Source of the DNA: Candidatus Multivorans sp.
Lineage (GTDB): Bacteria; Acidobacteriota; Thermoanaerobaculia; Multivoradales; Multivoraceae
Length of the DNA stretch: 64,000 nt
Reading direction: 5' to 3'
Assembly (NCBI GenBank): GCA_965247095.1
Contig: OZ251997.1
Coordinates: 2,595,689-2,659,688 of the forward strand
The position numbers were made by a program, and so were the translations under genes. The notes beneath the pieces were generated by a model, which saw only the letters and a list, made by a program, of their open reading frames with translations, had not been told where the DNA came from and ran no database searches. Positions 47,204-56,877 of this stretch are shown piece by piece; positions within the stretch are counted from its first letter, which is position 1; each line of letters starts with the position of its first letter.

Positions 47204-47423
47204 GGAGCGAGTCTCGCGAGGGGTAAGGCTGGCCCCTCTGCTTCAGCCTCTCGGGCTGAATCGCGAGGGCTCGTTCCATGGCGACGTCGTAACGATCCTC
47301 CTGGCGCCTCATCCGTTGAACCAGGTCTGCCAACCAGCGGGAAACGCTGCGCTCGTTCTCCGCAGCGCGGACCCGGACCCACCGGGCGTCCTCTTCGGGC
47401 AGGGTGATCGTGACGTTCTTCAC
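47181..47423 (-). CDS. ribbon-helix-helix antitoxin (VapB/CopG-like)
   Basis: MKNVTITLPEEDARWVRVRAAENERSVSRWLADLV… classic RHH; paired with the PIN gene. Confidence 0.65.
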   Translation of the reverse strand: MKNVTITLPEEDARWVRVRAAENERSVSRWLADLVQRMRRQEDRYDVAMERALAIQPERLKQRGQPYPSRDSLHDRPGLR

Positions 47424-47439
47424 GGCACGAGACTAGGGA

Positions 47440-47573
47440 AACACGAAGTTCGTGTCAATGAGTTCCGGAGTGTCTTCGGTGGTGGCCCCGCGACATGCGA
47501 AAAGGGCGTGGCCAGCGGCCGCGCCCTTGGAAGACTTGGTAGCGGGGGCAGGATTTGAACCTGCGAGCCTTGG
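47440..47573 (-). repeat. degenerate tRNA-fMet 3'-end + terminator repeat copies (the downstream copy is split by IS21)
   Basis: …GGTGGTGGCCCCGCGACATGCGAAAAGGGCGTGGCCAGCGGCCGCGCCCTTGGAAGACTTGGTAGCGGGGGCAGGATTTGAACCTGCGAGCCTTGGG matches the 137-bp unit downstream of the genuine tRNA. Confidence 0.6.
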
Positions 47574-47687
47574 GTGGAGGCATGGCTCGGAAACTGAGCC
47601 ACCCAACGCTCGGAAAGTGATCCACCCTCGGCCCTGACACCGGTAGCTTGGTCTTGTTCAGTAGACCAACGCGCTCGGAGGAAGGAC

Positions 47688-49129
47688 TTGCTGAGGATGG
47701 ATCAGGTTCATGTTATTCGGCACCAGGTGCTGGTGGAGGGTCGGAGCCAGCGCTCGGTGGCTCGGGAGCACGGTGTGAGCCGCAACACGGTGCGCAAGTA
47801 CCTGGATCAGAGCGAGCCGCGGCGGGTGGAGAGCAGGCCGCGGCGGCGGCTGGTGACGGAGCGTGTGGCGCCTCGTCTGGAGGAGTTGCTGAGGACGTGG
47901 TCTCGCCGGACGACGGCGAAGCAGCGTCTGACGGCGACGCGTCTGCATCGCCAGTTGCTGGAGGATGGCTACGAGGTCTGGATCACGACGATTCGCAGCT
48001 ACGTTCGGGAGTGGAAGCGTCAGCGCCAGGAGACGTTCATTCCGCTGGTGCACCGTGCCGGCGAGTGCGGCCAGGTGGACTTCTTCGAGGTGACGGTGGA
48101 GGAGGACGGTGTGGCGCACCGGGTGTGGAAGTTCCTGCTGCACCTGCCGTACTCAGGCCGTTCGTTCGTGTGGCTGTACGACCGCTGCGACCAGGTGGCG
48201 TTCCTCGACGGCCACGTGCGGGCGTTCGCGCACTTCGGCGGCGTGCCGCTGCGTCTGGTCTACGACAATCTGAGTGCGGCGGTGCGTCGGCGGGTGGGCG
48301 GCGAGCGTCAGTTGACGGCTCGATTCCAGGCGCTGGTGAGCCACTACCTGTTCGAGCCTTGCTTCGCCCGCCCCGGCGAGGGGCACGACAAGGGCAGCGT
48401 GGAGTCGCGCGGCAAGGGAATCCGTCTGGCGCACATGAGTCCGGTGCCTCAAGGCCGCACCCTGGAGGAGATCGCACGGGCGTGCTGGCTTCGGTCGACG
48501 CGGCACACAGTCAGCGCGCCCGGTGGCAGGAGGAGCAGGCAGCTCTGCGCGAGCTGCCGCCGACCGCGTTCGAGGCAAGGAAGCTCAGGATCGTGCGGGT
48601 GTCGCGCCAGGCGACGGTGCAGTTGGGCGGCGCGATCTACTCGGTTCCCTCGCGGTGGAAGAGCCTCCAGGTCCATGCCCGCGTCGGTACGGGCGACATC
48701 GTCTTCACCTGTCGCGACGCGGAGTACCGCTGCGCTCTGGTGCGGCCGGGACAGCGCCTGGTGCGCTACGCGCACTACTTCGAGGAGCTGTCCCGGAAGC
48801 CTCAGGCGGTGCGACAGGTGGCTCCGGAGCTGCTCGCGGAGCTTGGCCCGGCCTATCGCAAGCTATGGAGAATGCTGGAGTTGCGGCACGGCGCGCTGGA
48901 GACGGCGCGGCTCTTCGCCAAGCTGTTGAGCGTGGTCACAGACCACGGCAGCGAGGAGGTAGCCGCCGCACTCGAGGAGGCCCTGACCGCCGGTCGCTTC
49001 GACCTTCTGGGACTCGCCCTGCGGAGTCCCGCCTCCAAGATCGAGGTGCCGGAGCCGCTCCGCCGCCACGACATCGAGAGCGCTCGCGCCGCCGACTTCG
49101 ACGTGCTGCTTCAGGAGGCGGCATCGTGA
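47688..49129 (+). pseudogene. istA: IS21 transposase IstA, apparently frameshifted near 48480-48500
   Basis: N-terminal HTH and DDE core (…VDFFEVTVEEDGV…LVYDNLSAAV…ESRGKGIRLAHMSPVPQGRTLEEIARAC) in one frame, continued in another frame (…LASVDAAHSQRARWQEEQAALRELPPTAFEARKLRIVRVS…to stop 49129). Confidence 0.7.
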
Positions 49130-49878
49130 GCCGGGCGGCACGCAGAGCCGTCATCGCCGAGGGCCTCAAGATGCTCAAGATGCCTTCCGTGCTGCGCGAC
49201 TACGAGCAGCGGGCGCGTCAGGCCCAGGACGCACAGTGGGACTACGAGGACTACCTGTGGCAACTGCTCGAGACCGAGATTCGGGACCGTGAGGCCCGCA
49301 CCGTCGAGCGCCGGCTGCGCGCGGCCCGCTTCCCCGACCACAAGACCCTCGAGCAGATCGACTTCCAGGCGCTACAGGGAGTGTCCAAACCGAAGCTGCG
49401 CGAGCTGGCCTCCTGCGACTACATCGACCGCGGCGACGACGTCGTCCTCGTCGGACCCATCGGCACCGGCAAGACGCATCTCGCGATCGCACTCGGCATC
49501 GAGGCCGCGAAGCGCCGCCGCCGGGTCTGGTTCCGCAAGGCCTCCGACCTCGTCCGCGACCTGATCGAAGCCCGCGATCAGCGGGAGTTGGGGCGCCTGC
49601 AGCAGTGGCTACAGCGGGTGGATCTACTGATCTGCGACGAGCTCGGCTTCGTGCCATTCGACCGCGCCGGCGGCGAGTTGCTCTTCAACGTCTTCGCCGA
49701 CCGTTACGAGCGCCGCTCGACCATCGTCACCTCCAACCTCGCCTTCTCCGAATGGGTCCGCGTATTCGGCGACGAAAAGCTCACCACGGCTCTGCTCGAC
49801 CGCCTCTCCCACCACGCCCACATCCTCGCCACCAAGGGCTCCTCCTATCGGACTCGGCTGCGGAGAAGCCCTTCGTGA
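49126..49878 (+). CDS. istB: IS21 helper ATPase IstB
   Basis: GTG start overlapping the istA stop; Walker A GPIGTGKTHLAIALG, Walker B LLICDELGF. Confidence 0.85.
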   Translation: MSRAARRAVIAEGLKMLKMPSVLRDYEQRARQAQDAQWDYEDYLWQLLETEIRDREARTVERRLRAARFPDHKTLEQIDFQALQGVSKPKLRELASCDYIDRGDDVVLVGPIGTGKTHLAIALGIEAAKRRRRVWFRKASDLVRDLIEARDQRELGRLQQWLQRVDLLICDELGFVPFDRAGGELLFNVFADRYERRSTIVTSNLAFSEWVRVFGDEKLTTALLDRLSHHAHILATKGSSYRTRLRRSPS

Positions 49879-50154
49879 ATCCGGATCGCACGACGCGCAA
49901 CCGGACCGCCGCGGCGCCGCCGCTGAGAGCACCGCAACGGCCGCCGGCTGCGGAAGCTGCCGGCGCCGCGGAAAACGGCAGACCGTTTCCCGCACCGCCT
50001 TGGAAAACCGGCAGACCGGTTTTCCACAGCTACCGCAGCCGCTACGGCTACTGACTCAAGGGGACCGACGAGAGAAGACTCGCGTACACTCAACACGGCC
50101 GACGTGGCTCACTTTCCAAACGGTGGGTGGCTCACTTTCCGAGCGTTGCCAACA

Positions 50155-50397
50155 CCTTGGGCTATGGCAGGCCGATGAGCTAGGTGTTCCAGAGGTGTGT
50201 TCGGTGGTGCCCCCGCGACAAGCAAGAAGGGCGCGGCCAGCGGCCGCGCCCTTAGAAGACTTGGTAGCGGGGGCAGGATTTGAACCTGCGAGCCTTGGGC
50301 TATGGCAGGCCGATGAGCTAGGTGTTCCAGAGGTGTGTTCGGTGGTGCCCCCGCGGCAAGCAGAAAGGGCGCGGCCAGCGGCCGCGCCCTTGAAGCT
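50155..50397 (-). repeat. two tandem 137-bp copies of a degenerate tRNA-fMet (pseudo-tRNA) plus terminator hairpin, immediately downstream of the genuine tRNA
   Basis: Units start at 50155 and 50292; each is CGCGGGGGCACCACCGAACACACCTCTGGAACACCTAGCTCATCGGCCTGCCATAGCCCAAGGCTCGCAGGTTCAAATCCTGCCCCCGCTACCA (intact acceptor/T arms, degenerate D/anticodon region) + AGGGCGCGGCCGCTGGCCGCGCCCT hairpin. Confidence 0.7.
50361..50390 (-). terminator. rho-independent-like terminator hairpin downstream of the tRNA
   Basis: On the minus strand: …CCA AGCTTC AAGGGCGCGGCCGCTGGCCGCGCCCTT TCTGC…, a perfect GC-rich 10-bp stem. Confidence 0.5.
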
Positions 50398-50474
<77 letters not shown>

Positions 50475-50528
50475 TCAGGACGGGGGATCGTGGCACAGGA
50501 GGGGTGCAGTGTCAACCTGGAGAGCTGT

Positions 50529-52092
50529 CCAGCGAGAAGTGAGCGTGAGCGGGGTGCGTGAATCCAGCGAGAAGTGAGCGTGAAGCGCCGGTATCGGGGA
50601 TCATCGGAGGATGATCGTGACGCTCCAGACACGCCGACTTCAGACTCTTTGTGAGGTCCGCAGTTTCGTGGCCGGCAACGAGGCGGTGGACTTCGTGGTG
50701 GTGGACCGCGGATCGACCTACGAGTTCATCCGTGAGACGCTGGTCAGGTTCCGCTACCGGGCGCTTGTGAGGCGCGACAAGGGCATGATTCGGCGCTACC
50801 TGATGAAGATGACCGGGAAGTCCGAGTCGCAGGTGACGCGGCTGATCCGGCAGCACCGGGAGACGGGCCGCATCGAGGACCGCCGCGGTGCGCCGCCTCA
50901 CGCATTCGGGCGGCGTTACACGAAGGCCGACATCGGCCTTCTCGCCGAGGTCGACGCGGCACTGGGCCAGATGTGCGGTCACAGCACGCGGGCGGTGATG
51001 CGGCGCCAGTTCGAGCTGTACGGCGACGAGCGCTTCGAGCGTCTGGCTGTGATCTCGAACGGCCAGTTCTACAACCTGCGCAAGTCGACCACCTACCAGC
51101 GGCGCCGGACGACGTTCAAGAAGACGCGGTCGACCGCGGTCGGGATCGGGGAACGACGCAAGCCCCAGCCGGAGGGGAAGCCGGGCTACCTGCGGGTGGA
51201 CACGGTGCATCAGGGGGACAAAGACGGCGAGAAGGGCGTGTACCACATCAACCTCGTGGACAAGGTGTTGCAGTGGGAGCACGTGGCGACGGTACGGGCC
51301 ATCTCCCAACGGTGTCTCGTGCCGGTGCTCAAGGAGCTCATCGAGTCCTGCCCCTTCAAGGTGCTGGGCTTCCACGCCGACAACGGCTCCGAGTACATCA
51401 ACCGCAAGGTCGCCGAGATGCTCAACCAACTGCACGTCCCCGAGTTCACCAAGTCCCGCAGCCGGCACACCAACGACAACGCCCTGGTCGAGAGCAAGAA
51501 CGGCAACGTGATCCGGCGCCAGTTCGGATACCGGCACATCCCCAAGCTCTTCGCCCGCGAGATCAACGTCTTCGCACGCGATGTGCTCACCCCCTTCCTC
51601 AACTTCCATCGCCCGTGCCTGTTTCCCACCGAGGTCACCGACAGGAAGGGCCGCACCAGGAAACGCTACCGCTACCAGGACACCATGACGCCGTTCGAGA
51701 AGCTCAAGTCCCTGCCGGACGCGGAGCGGTACCTCAGGCCCGGCGTCACCATCGCCGCCCTCGAAGACCAGGCCGGCGCCACGAGCGACCTCGACGCCGC
51801 GATCGCCCTCAAGCTGGCTCGTGCCAGACTCTTTGAACTCATCGACCGGGAGTCCGATCCCCACCGGCGCCGGAGCGCCTGAACCGCAGACCGCGCAGCC
51901 CGATGCCATACACCGCCCACCACCACCGGCCCAGGCCGGAACACAACGCCAGTAACCCGCCGCGGCCTCGCAGCGGGCGCTACCGCAGGCGGCAGACGGT
52001 GCAGAACCGTCTGCCGCTCCAGAACTACCCCGAGACCGACCCGACTCGACTCTCCATGACGGTCCCGTTCACGCTCATTTCAGGATTGGACT
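50529..52092 (+). mobile_element. IS element with rve-type DDE transposase (IS481/ISNCY-like; family uncertain)
   Basis: Imperfect terminal inverted repeats GAGAAGTGAGCGTGAGCGGGG (50536-; second copy 50572-) and CCCGTTCACGCTCATTTCAGG (52065-52085, reverse complement); single transposase ORF between them. Confidence 0.5.
50611..51882 (+). CDS. DDE-type integrase/transposase (rve core domain)
   Basis: 423-aa ORF; …GYLRVDTVHQGDKDGEKGVYHINLVDKVLQWEHV…LGFHADNGSEYINRKV…NDNALVESKNG… integrase-core motifs. Confidence 0.75.
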   Translation: MIVTLQTRRLQTLCEVRSFVAGNEAVDFVVVDRGSTYEFIRETLVRFRYRALVRRDKGMIRRYLMKMTGKSESQVTRLIRQHRETGRIEDRRGAPPHAFGRRYTKADIGLLAEVDAALGQMCGHSTRAVMRRQFELYGDERFERLAVISNGQFYNLRKSTTYQRRRTTFKKTRSTAVGIGERRKPQPEGKPGYLRVDTVHQGDKDGEKGVYHINLVDKVLQWEHVATVRAISQRCLVPVLKELIESCPFKVLGFHADNGSEYINRKVAEMLNQLHVPEFTKSRSRHTNDNALVESKNGNVIRRQFGYRHIPKLFAREINVFARDVLTPFLNFHRPCLFPTEVTDRKGRTRKRYRYQDTMTPFEKLKSLPDAERYLRPGVTIAALEDQAGATSDLDAAIALKLARARLFELIDRESDPHRRRSA

Positions 52093-52175
52093 ACGCTCCT
52101 GGAGCCGGGCCGGATCTTGCTTCTCCGGCTCCCGTCTTCGCGGCCTCGAGTCCGCCCCTCGTATAGGCTTCGTCC

Positions 52176-52526
52176 GTGTCAGCGACGCCTCCAGACCGGC
52201 GCGGGCGGCTGCGGGAGCGCATCGATCGTTGGCGCGAATGGACGCAGCGCTCGCTTCCGACGATGATCGGCGTCGGCCTGATCCTGGTGCTCCTTTTTCT
52301 CGCCAAGGCCGGCGCCGAGAACTACTCGGGCCTTGCCGAACTCGCGGACCGGGAGGCGGAGCTCGAGATCGAGCTGGAGGAGGCGAGGCTGCGGGTCGAG
52401 AGCCTGAGGCGCACGGTCGTGCTGATGCAGGACGATCCGGCAGTGCTGGAGCGTCTGGCGCGAGAGGAGCTGGGCCTGGTGAGACCAGGTGACACGGTCG
52501 TCGTCCTGCCCCGGACGGACGACTGA
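52176..52526 (+). CDS. ftsB: septum formation initiator FtsB/DivIC family protein
   Basis: Single TM (MIGVGLILVLLFLA) followed by a coiled coil (…EAELEIELEEARLRVESLRRTVVLMQDDPAVLERLAREELGLVRPGDTVVV), typical FtsB. Confidence 0.7.
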   Translation: MSATPPDRRGRLRERIDRWREWTQRSLPTMIGVGLILVLLFLAKAGAENYSGLAELADREAELEIELEEARLRVESLRRTVVLMQDDPAVLERLAREELGLVRPGDTVVVLPRTDD

Positions 52527-55500
52527 TCCGGCCGTTGATCCGGTGTCCGTGTGGCGTGAACTCCGCCGCCGCATTCGCCGCGGCCGGGACTACCGCGAAC
52601 TCGCTGCGGCTGAGCGTGCGGCGGTCGTCGGTCTGCCGGTGCGCGCGGCCTCGGTGGTGTTCGAGCTGCTGGCCGAGGATCGTGCCGCGGCCCAGCTCGT
52701 GGTCGTGCCGAGCGAAAGCGAGGTCCTGGCCTGGACCGAAGGGGCTCGGCTGCTTGGGCGCCGCGACGGGGCGCGGGTCGTTCCCTTTCCGTCACCGGCG
52801 CTGACGCCCTACCAGCAGGCCGAGGCCTCGCTGCAGGTGCGCGCCCAGGAAAGCGTCGCCTACGACACCCTGCTTGGCGCTTCACGGGTCACCGTGGTCT
52901 GCACGCCCCGGACGCTGTTTCAACGCCTCGCCGAACCGGAGGCGTTCCTGCAGTCGGTCATAGGCGTTCGGGTTGGGGAAGACGTGGTTCCCGAGGAACT
53001 CCTGACCCACCTGGTCGCCCGCGGCTACCGGCGCAGCGATCTGGTGGCGGCGGTGGGCGCGGTGGCGCAGCGGGGCGGAGTCTTCGACCTCTTTGCACCC
53101 GGCGAACCGCGGCCGGCGCGACTTGACCTGTTCGGCGACACGATCGAGAGCATCCATCGTTTCGATCTGTCGACGCAGCGTTCCGAGGAGGCAATCGATT
53201 CGTTGCGCATCCGGCCTCTGACGCCGTTCGCGGCCGCGCCGGAGCAGGCCGCCGAGCTGGCCCTGGTGCTGCTGGAAGAACGAAGCGACGATCTGGCTGA
53301 ATCGGCCCGCACCCAGTTGCAGGAAATGGTGGAGGGCGAGCCCTTTCCGGGCTGGGAGAAGTACCTCCCTCTGCTGCAGCCGAGCACGAGTCTCGGTGAG
53401 GTGATGGAGAACGCCACCGTCGTCGTGGTCGAAGTGGACCGGGTGCGACGGGAGATCGAGCAGCACACCGAGATGCTGTGGGACGAGTACGCCAGACGAT
53501 CCGACGACGGCGACATCGCCGCCGAACCGGAACGGTTGACGGCGCCCAGTGCTCAGGTGCTCGAGTTCGTGGAAGACGCGGTCTTCCGGATCGGGGGCGT
53601 GCTGGATGAGCGTGCGGGACGGCGAACCCGGGTCGACTTCGGCGCGGTCGAAACGGACGTCCTGGTCGATCAGCTTCCCCGCTTTCCGCGCGAGGTGGAG
53701 ACCGCCGCGGCGCGCGGCGACGACCTGTGGCTGGTGGCGCGCGCCGGGCGGCACGAGTCGCTGCGCCAGACACTCGGCAGCCGGGAGATCGACTGGGATG
53801 GAGGCGGCGTGCGGCTGGTCGACGGCGAACTGGGACGCGGTTTCCGGCTCCCGGCAGCCGGCCTCGTGCTCTTCGGCGAGGGGCAGCTCTTCCGGCGCCG
53901 GGCGGCGGCGCCCCGCCGCCGCCGGATGGGGCCCTTCGTGTCCGGCCTCGGCGATCTGCGGGTCGGCGAGTTCGTGGTCCACGAGGATCACGGCATCGGG
54001 CAATTCCTGGGGCTCAGGACACTTGAAGGTCCACCCGGCGACGGGCCCGACGTGGAGGGCTACGGACCCCGCAGGCCGTCGCGGGCGGTCGAGGTCATGG
54101 AGCTCCTCTACTCATCGGGCCGCACGCTGCTCCTGCCTCTGACTCGCCTGAACGAGATCGAGCGCTACAGCGGCATCGATGGGCTCGCGCCCCGTCTCGA
54201 CCAACTGGGCGGCAGCAGTTGGGCGAAGAAGAAGGGCCGGATCAGTCGCAGCCTGAAAGCGATCGCCACCGATCTGTTGAAGCTCTACGCGGAGCGGCGG
54301 CTGGCGCGGGCGGTGCCGATGAACGAGGACAGCGACCGCCAACTCCAGTTCGAGGGCGCCTTCACCTACGAGGAGACGCCGGATCAACTGGAGGCGGTGC
54401 GCACGATCAAGGAGGATCTGGGCCGCGAACAGCCGATGGACCGGCTTCTGTGCGGCGACGTCGGCTTCGGCAAGACCGAGGTGGCGATGCGGGCGGCGTT
54501 CAAGGCGGTGGACAACGGCCTGCAGGTCGCGGTCCTGGCGCCGACGACGATTCTCGCCGATCAGCACCTGCGCACGTTCCGGCGGCGCTTCCAGGGCTTC
54601 GACTTCGAGATCGAGATGGTCTCCCGCTTCCGTTCGGCGGCCCAGGTCAAGGCGATCCGCGAGCGTCTGGCGGCGGGCGAGATTCACATTCTCATCGGTA
54701 CCCACCGACTCCTGAGCCGTGACATCGACATGCCCTGCCTGGGCCTGGTGATCATCGACGAGGAGCAGCGTTTCGGAGTCGCCCAGAAGGAACGCCTGCG
54801 TGAGTTGAAGCGCAACGTCCACGTGCTGGCGATGTCGGCGACGCCGGTGCCGCGCACGCTGCAGTTGTCGCTGGCCGGGGTGCGTGACCTGTCCCTGATC
54901 GAGTCGCCGCCCCGGGACCGGATGGCGGTCGAAACCCGGGTGCTGCCGTTCTCGGGCGATCTCGTCCGCGAGGCGATCGAGTTCGAGGTCGAGCGCGGCG
55001 GCCAGGTGTTCTACGTCTACAACCGGGTCGAGGACATCGAAGGCATGCTCCGCTATCTGCGGGAGCTCGTGCCGGGGCTTCGGATCACCGTCGGTCACGG
55101 TCAGATGGATGAAGGGGAGCTGAGCCTTCGGATGCGTGGGTTTACTTCCGGCGAGTACGACCTGTTGCTGGCGACGACGATCATCGAGAACGGGATCGAC
55201 ATTCCCAACGTGAACACGATGCTCGTTCACCGCGCGGATCGCTTCGGTCTGGCCCAGCTCTACCAGTTGCGGGGCCGGGTCGGCCGCAGCGATCAACTGG
55301 GCTACTGCTACCTTCTGGCCCCCCCGGACACGGTGCTTTCGGAGGAGGCGCGCAAGCGACTCGTCGCCATCCGGGAGTTCACCGAGCTCGGGGCGGGTTT
55401 CCGGATTGCGGCGCGTGACCTGGAGATTCGGGGCGCCGGCAACCTGCTCGGAGCGGAACAGAGCGGCCACATCGCGGAAGTTGGGATCGAGACCTACATG

Positions 55501-56016
55501 AAGATGCTGGAGAAGACGATCGCCGAACTCCGGGGCGAGGCGCCGGCGGACAGGCCGTCGGCGTCGATCAGCCTGCCCGCGGCCATGTCGATTCCGGAGG
55601 ACTACATCGGCGAGATCTCTTTGCGACTGGAGATCTACCGGCGCCTTGCGGATGCCGACGAGGATCCGGAGACGCTGCTTGCCGAGCTGCGCGACCGTTT
55701 CGGACCACCGCCCGAGGCGGTGCATGCCCTGATTCGGGGCGCGGAACTGAAACGGATTGCGGAATCCCTGGGTGTCCAGTCGATCGCGCACCGGAGCGAT
55801 CGACTGACGGTCAAGCTTCGCCGCGACGCGAAGGTCGATCTGGAACGCTTGATCCGCTTCGTTTCCGAGCGGGAGGGCTCGGGCTTCACTCCGGACGGGG
55901 TGCTGACGCTGTCCGAGATACCGGGCCGTGAGTCGCTCGAGATCGCGCTTCAGCTCCTGCAGTTGCTGGCGGGTGAACCGCTGTCGCGGCTCGCCGGTTC
56001 GGAGACGGTCCATTGA
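52489..56016 (+). CDS. mfd: transcription-repair coupling factor Mfd
   Basis: 1175-aa ORF; CarD/RNAP-interaction region, DEAD/DEAH helicase motifs GFGKTEVAMRAAF, DEEQRFG; TRCF C-terminal domain; start uncertain (ATG 52489 overlaps ftsB; alternative GTG ~52547). Confidence 0.9.
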   Translation: MTRSSSCPGRTTDPAVDPVSVWRELRRRIRRGRDYRELAAAERAAVVGLPVRAASVVFELLAEDRAAAQLVVVPSESEVLAWTEGARLLGRRDGARVVPFPSPALTPYQQAEASLQVRAQESVAYDTLLGASRVTVVCTPRTLFQRLAEPEAFLQSVIGVRVGEDVVPEELLTHLVARGYRRSDLVAAVGAVAQRGGVFDLFAPGEPRPARLDLFGDTIESIHRFDLSTQRSEEAIDSLRIRPLTPFAAAPEQAAELALVLLEERSDDLAESARTQLQEMVEGEPFPGWEKYLPLLQPSTSLGEVMENATVVVVEVDRVRREIEQHTEMLWDEYARRSDDGDIAAEPERLTAPSAQVLEFVEDAVFRIGGVLDERAGRRTRVDFGAVETDVLVDQLPRFPREVETAAARGDDLWLVARAGRHESLRQTLGSREIDWDGGGVRLVDGELGRGFRLPAAGLVLFGEGQLFRRRAAAPRRRRMGPFVSGLGDLRVGEFVVHEDHGIGQFLGLRTLEGPPGDGPDVEGYGPRRPSRAVEVMELLYSSGRTLLLPLTRLNEIERYSGIDGLAPRLDQLGGSSWAKKKGRISRSLKAIATDLLKLYAERRLARAVPMNEDSDRQLQFEGAFTYEETPDQLEAVRTIKEDLGREQPMDRLLCGDVGFGKTEVAMRAAFKAVDNGLQVAVLAPTTILADQHLRTFRRRFQGFDFEIEMVSRFRSAAQVKAIRERLAAGEIHILIGTHRLLSRDIDMPCLGLVIIDEEQRFGVAQKERLRELKRNVHVLAMSATPVPRTLQLSLAGVRDLSLIESPPRDRMAVETRVLPFSGDLVREAIEFEVERGGQVFYVYNRVEDIEGMLRYLRELVPGLRITVGHGQMDEGELSLRMRGFTSGEYDLLLATTIIENGIDIPNVNTMLVHRADRFGLAQLYQLRGRVGRSDQLGYCYLLAPPDTVLSEEARKRLVAIREFTELGAGFRIAARDLEIRGAGNLLGAEQSGHIAEVGIETYMKMLEKTIAELRGEAPADRPSASISLPAAMSIPEDYIGEISLRLEIYRRLADADEDPETLLAELRDRFGPPPEAVHALIRGAELKRIAESLGVQSIAHRSDRLTVKLRRDAKVDLERLIRFVSEREGSGFTPDGVLTLSEIPGRESLEIALQLLQLLAGEPLSRLAGSETVH

Positions 56017-56867
56017 GCGGCCGGTTGGACTCGCGTGCGATGCGACGAGCCTGCGCCTGTCTCCTGGCCGGGGTATCCCTGGGCTGTGGCGGCGGCGGGC
56101 TGCCGGAGGGCGTGGTGGCGCGAATCGGCAACCAGGACTTTCGTTACGAGGACTTTCACGGCTACGCTGAGGAGTCCCTTGGCGGGGACGCTTCGCGCTT
56201 CGGCAGCGCGGTGCTTTCCCGGCTCTTCGAGCGCTTCGTCGACGACCAATTGCTCGTGCAGTTGGCGCGGGATCGGGGGCTCGTGGAGGGGGAAGCTACG
56301 GTCCACGAGGCCGCGATGCGGTTGCTCGAGGCGTCAACGCCGGTCGTGTCGTTGTCGGAGATGGAGAGCTACTACGCCGAACACCGGAGTGATTTCGCGC
56401 GGCCGCCACGGGTGCGCCTGCGTCAGATCCTGGTCCAGGATCGAGCCGCCGCCGAGCTGGCGCTGGCAGAGCTCGAAGTGGGCGTGGACTTCGGGGAGGT
56501 GGCGCGTCTGCGTTCCATCGGCCCCAGCGCGTCAGCCGGCGGTCTCCAGGGCGAACTGTCGAGCGAGGATCTTCCCCCGGCGCTCGCCGACGTCGTGTTC
56601 GAGCTTGGCGAAGGAGAATGGAGCGAGCTGCTCGAGGCCGACTACGGCTTTCGCATCTTCCAGGTCGAGCGCCTCTTGCCGGAAGAAACCTTGACGCTCT
56701 CGGAGGCGGCGCCAAGAGTAAGGACCCTGCTGGAGGAGGCGCAAAGCGAAGAGCTCGTCCGAGCCGCCGCCGCCCAAGCCCGGCAGGAGTACAATCTGCG
56801 CGTCGCGGTGGAGCGGTTGCCCTTCGAGTACCACGGCGCGTTCGTGGATCAGGCTGCCGCAGAATGA
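56013..56867 (+). CDS. peptidyl-prolyl cis-trans isomerase, parvulin (PpiC) type, lipoprotein
   Basis: Lipobox LLAGVSLGCGG; PpiC domain …RVRLRQILVQDRAAAELALAELEVGVDFGEVARLRS…. Confidence 0.7.
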   Translation: MSGRLDSRAMRRACACLLAGVSLGCGGGGLPEGVVARIGNQDFRYEDFHGYAEESLGGDASRFGSAVLSRLFERFVDDQLLVQLARDRGLVEGEATVHEAAMRLLEASTPVVSLSEMESYYAEHRSDFARPPRVRLRQILVQDRAAAELALAELEVGVDFGEVARLRSIGPSASAGGLQGELSSEDLPPALADVVFELGEGEWSELLEADYGFRIFQVERLLPEETLTLSEAAPRVRTLLEEAQSEELVRAAAAQARQEYNLRVAVERLPFEYHGAFVDQAAAE

Positions 56868-56877
56868 GGTAGTAAAA

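Larger units (their letters stand above)
47574..50154 (+). mobile_element. IS21-family insertion sequence (istA-istB) with 7-bp target-site duplication CCTTGGG
   Basis: TG…CA termini; ~50-bp terminal inverted repeats each with two copies of CGGAAA(G/C)TGAGCCACCC; direct repeats CCTTGGG at 47567-47573 and 50155-50161; istA/istB overlap GTGA. Confidence 0.8.

Noticed and set aside
47420-47640. Small ORFs (47420..47602 -, 47452..47637 +, 47455..47640 -) near the IS21 left end
   Set aside because: They lie over a tRNA 3'-end remnant and the IS21 terminal repeats; no coding signal
52958-56013. Large minus-strand ORFs (52882..54003, 52958..53773, 54112..56013) antisense to mfd
   Set aside because: mfd is unambiguous on the plus strand; the antisense frames are low-complexity high-GC artefacts
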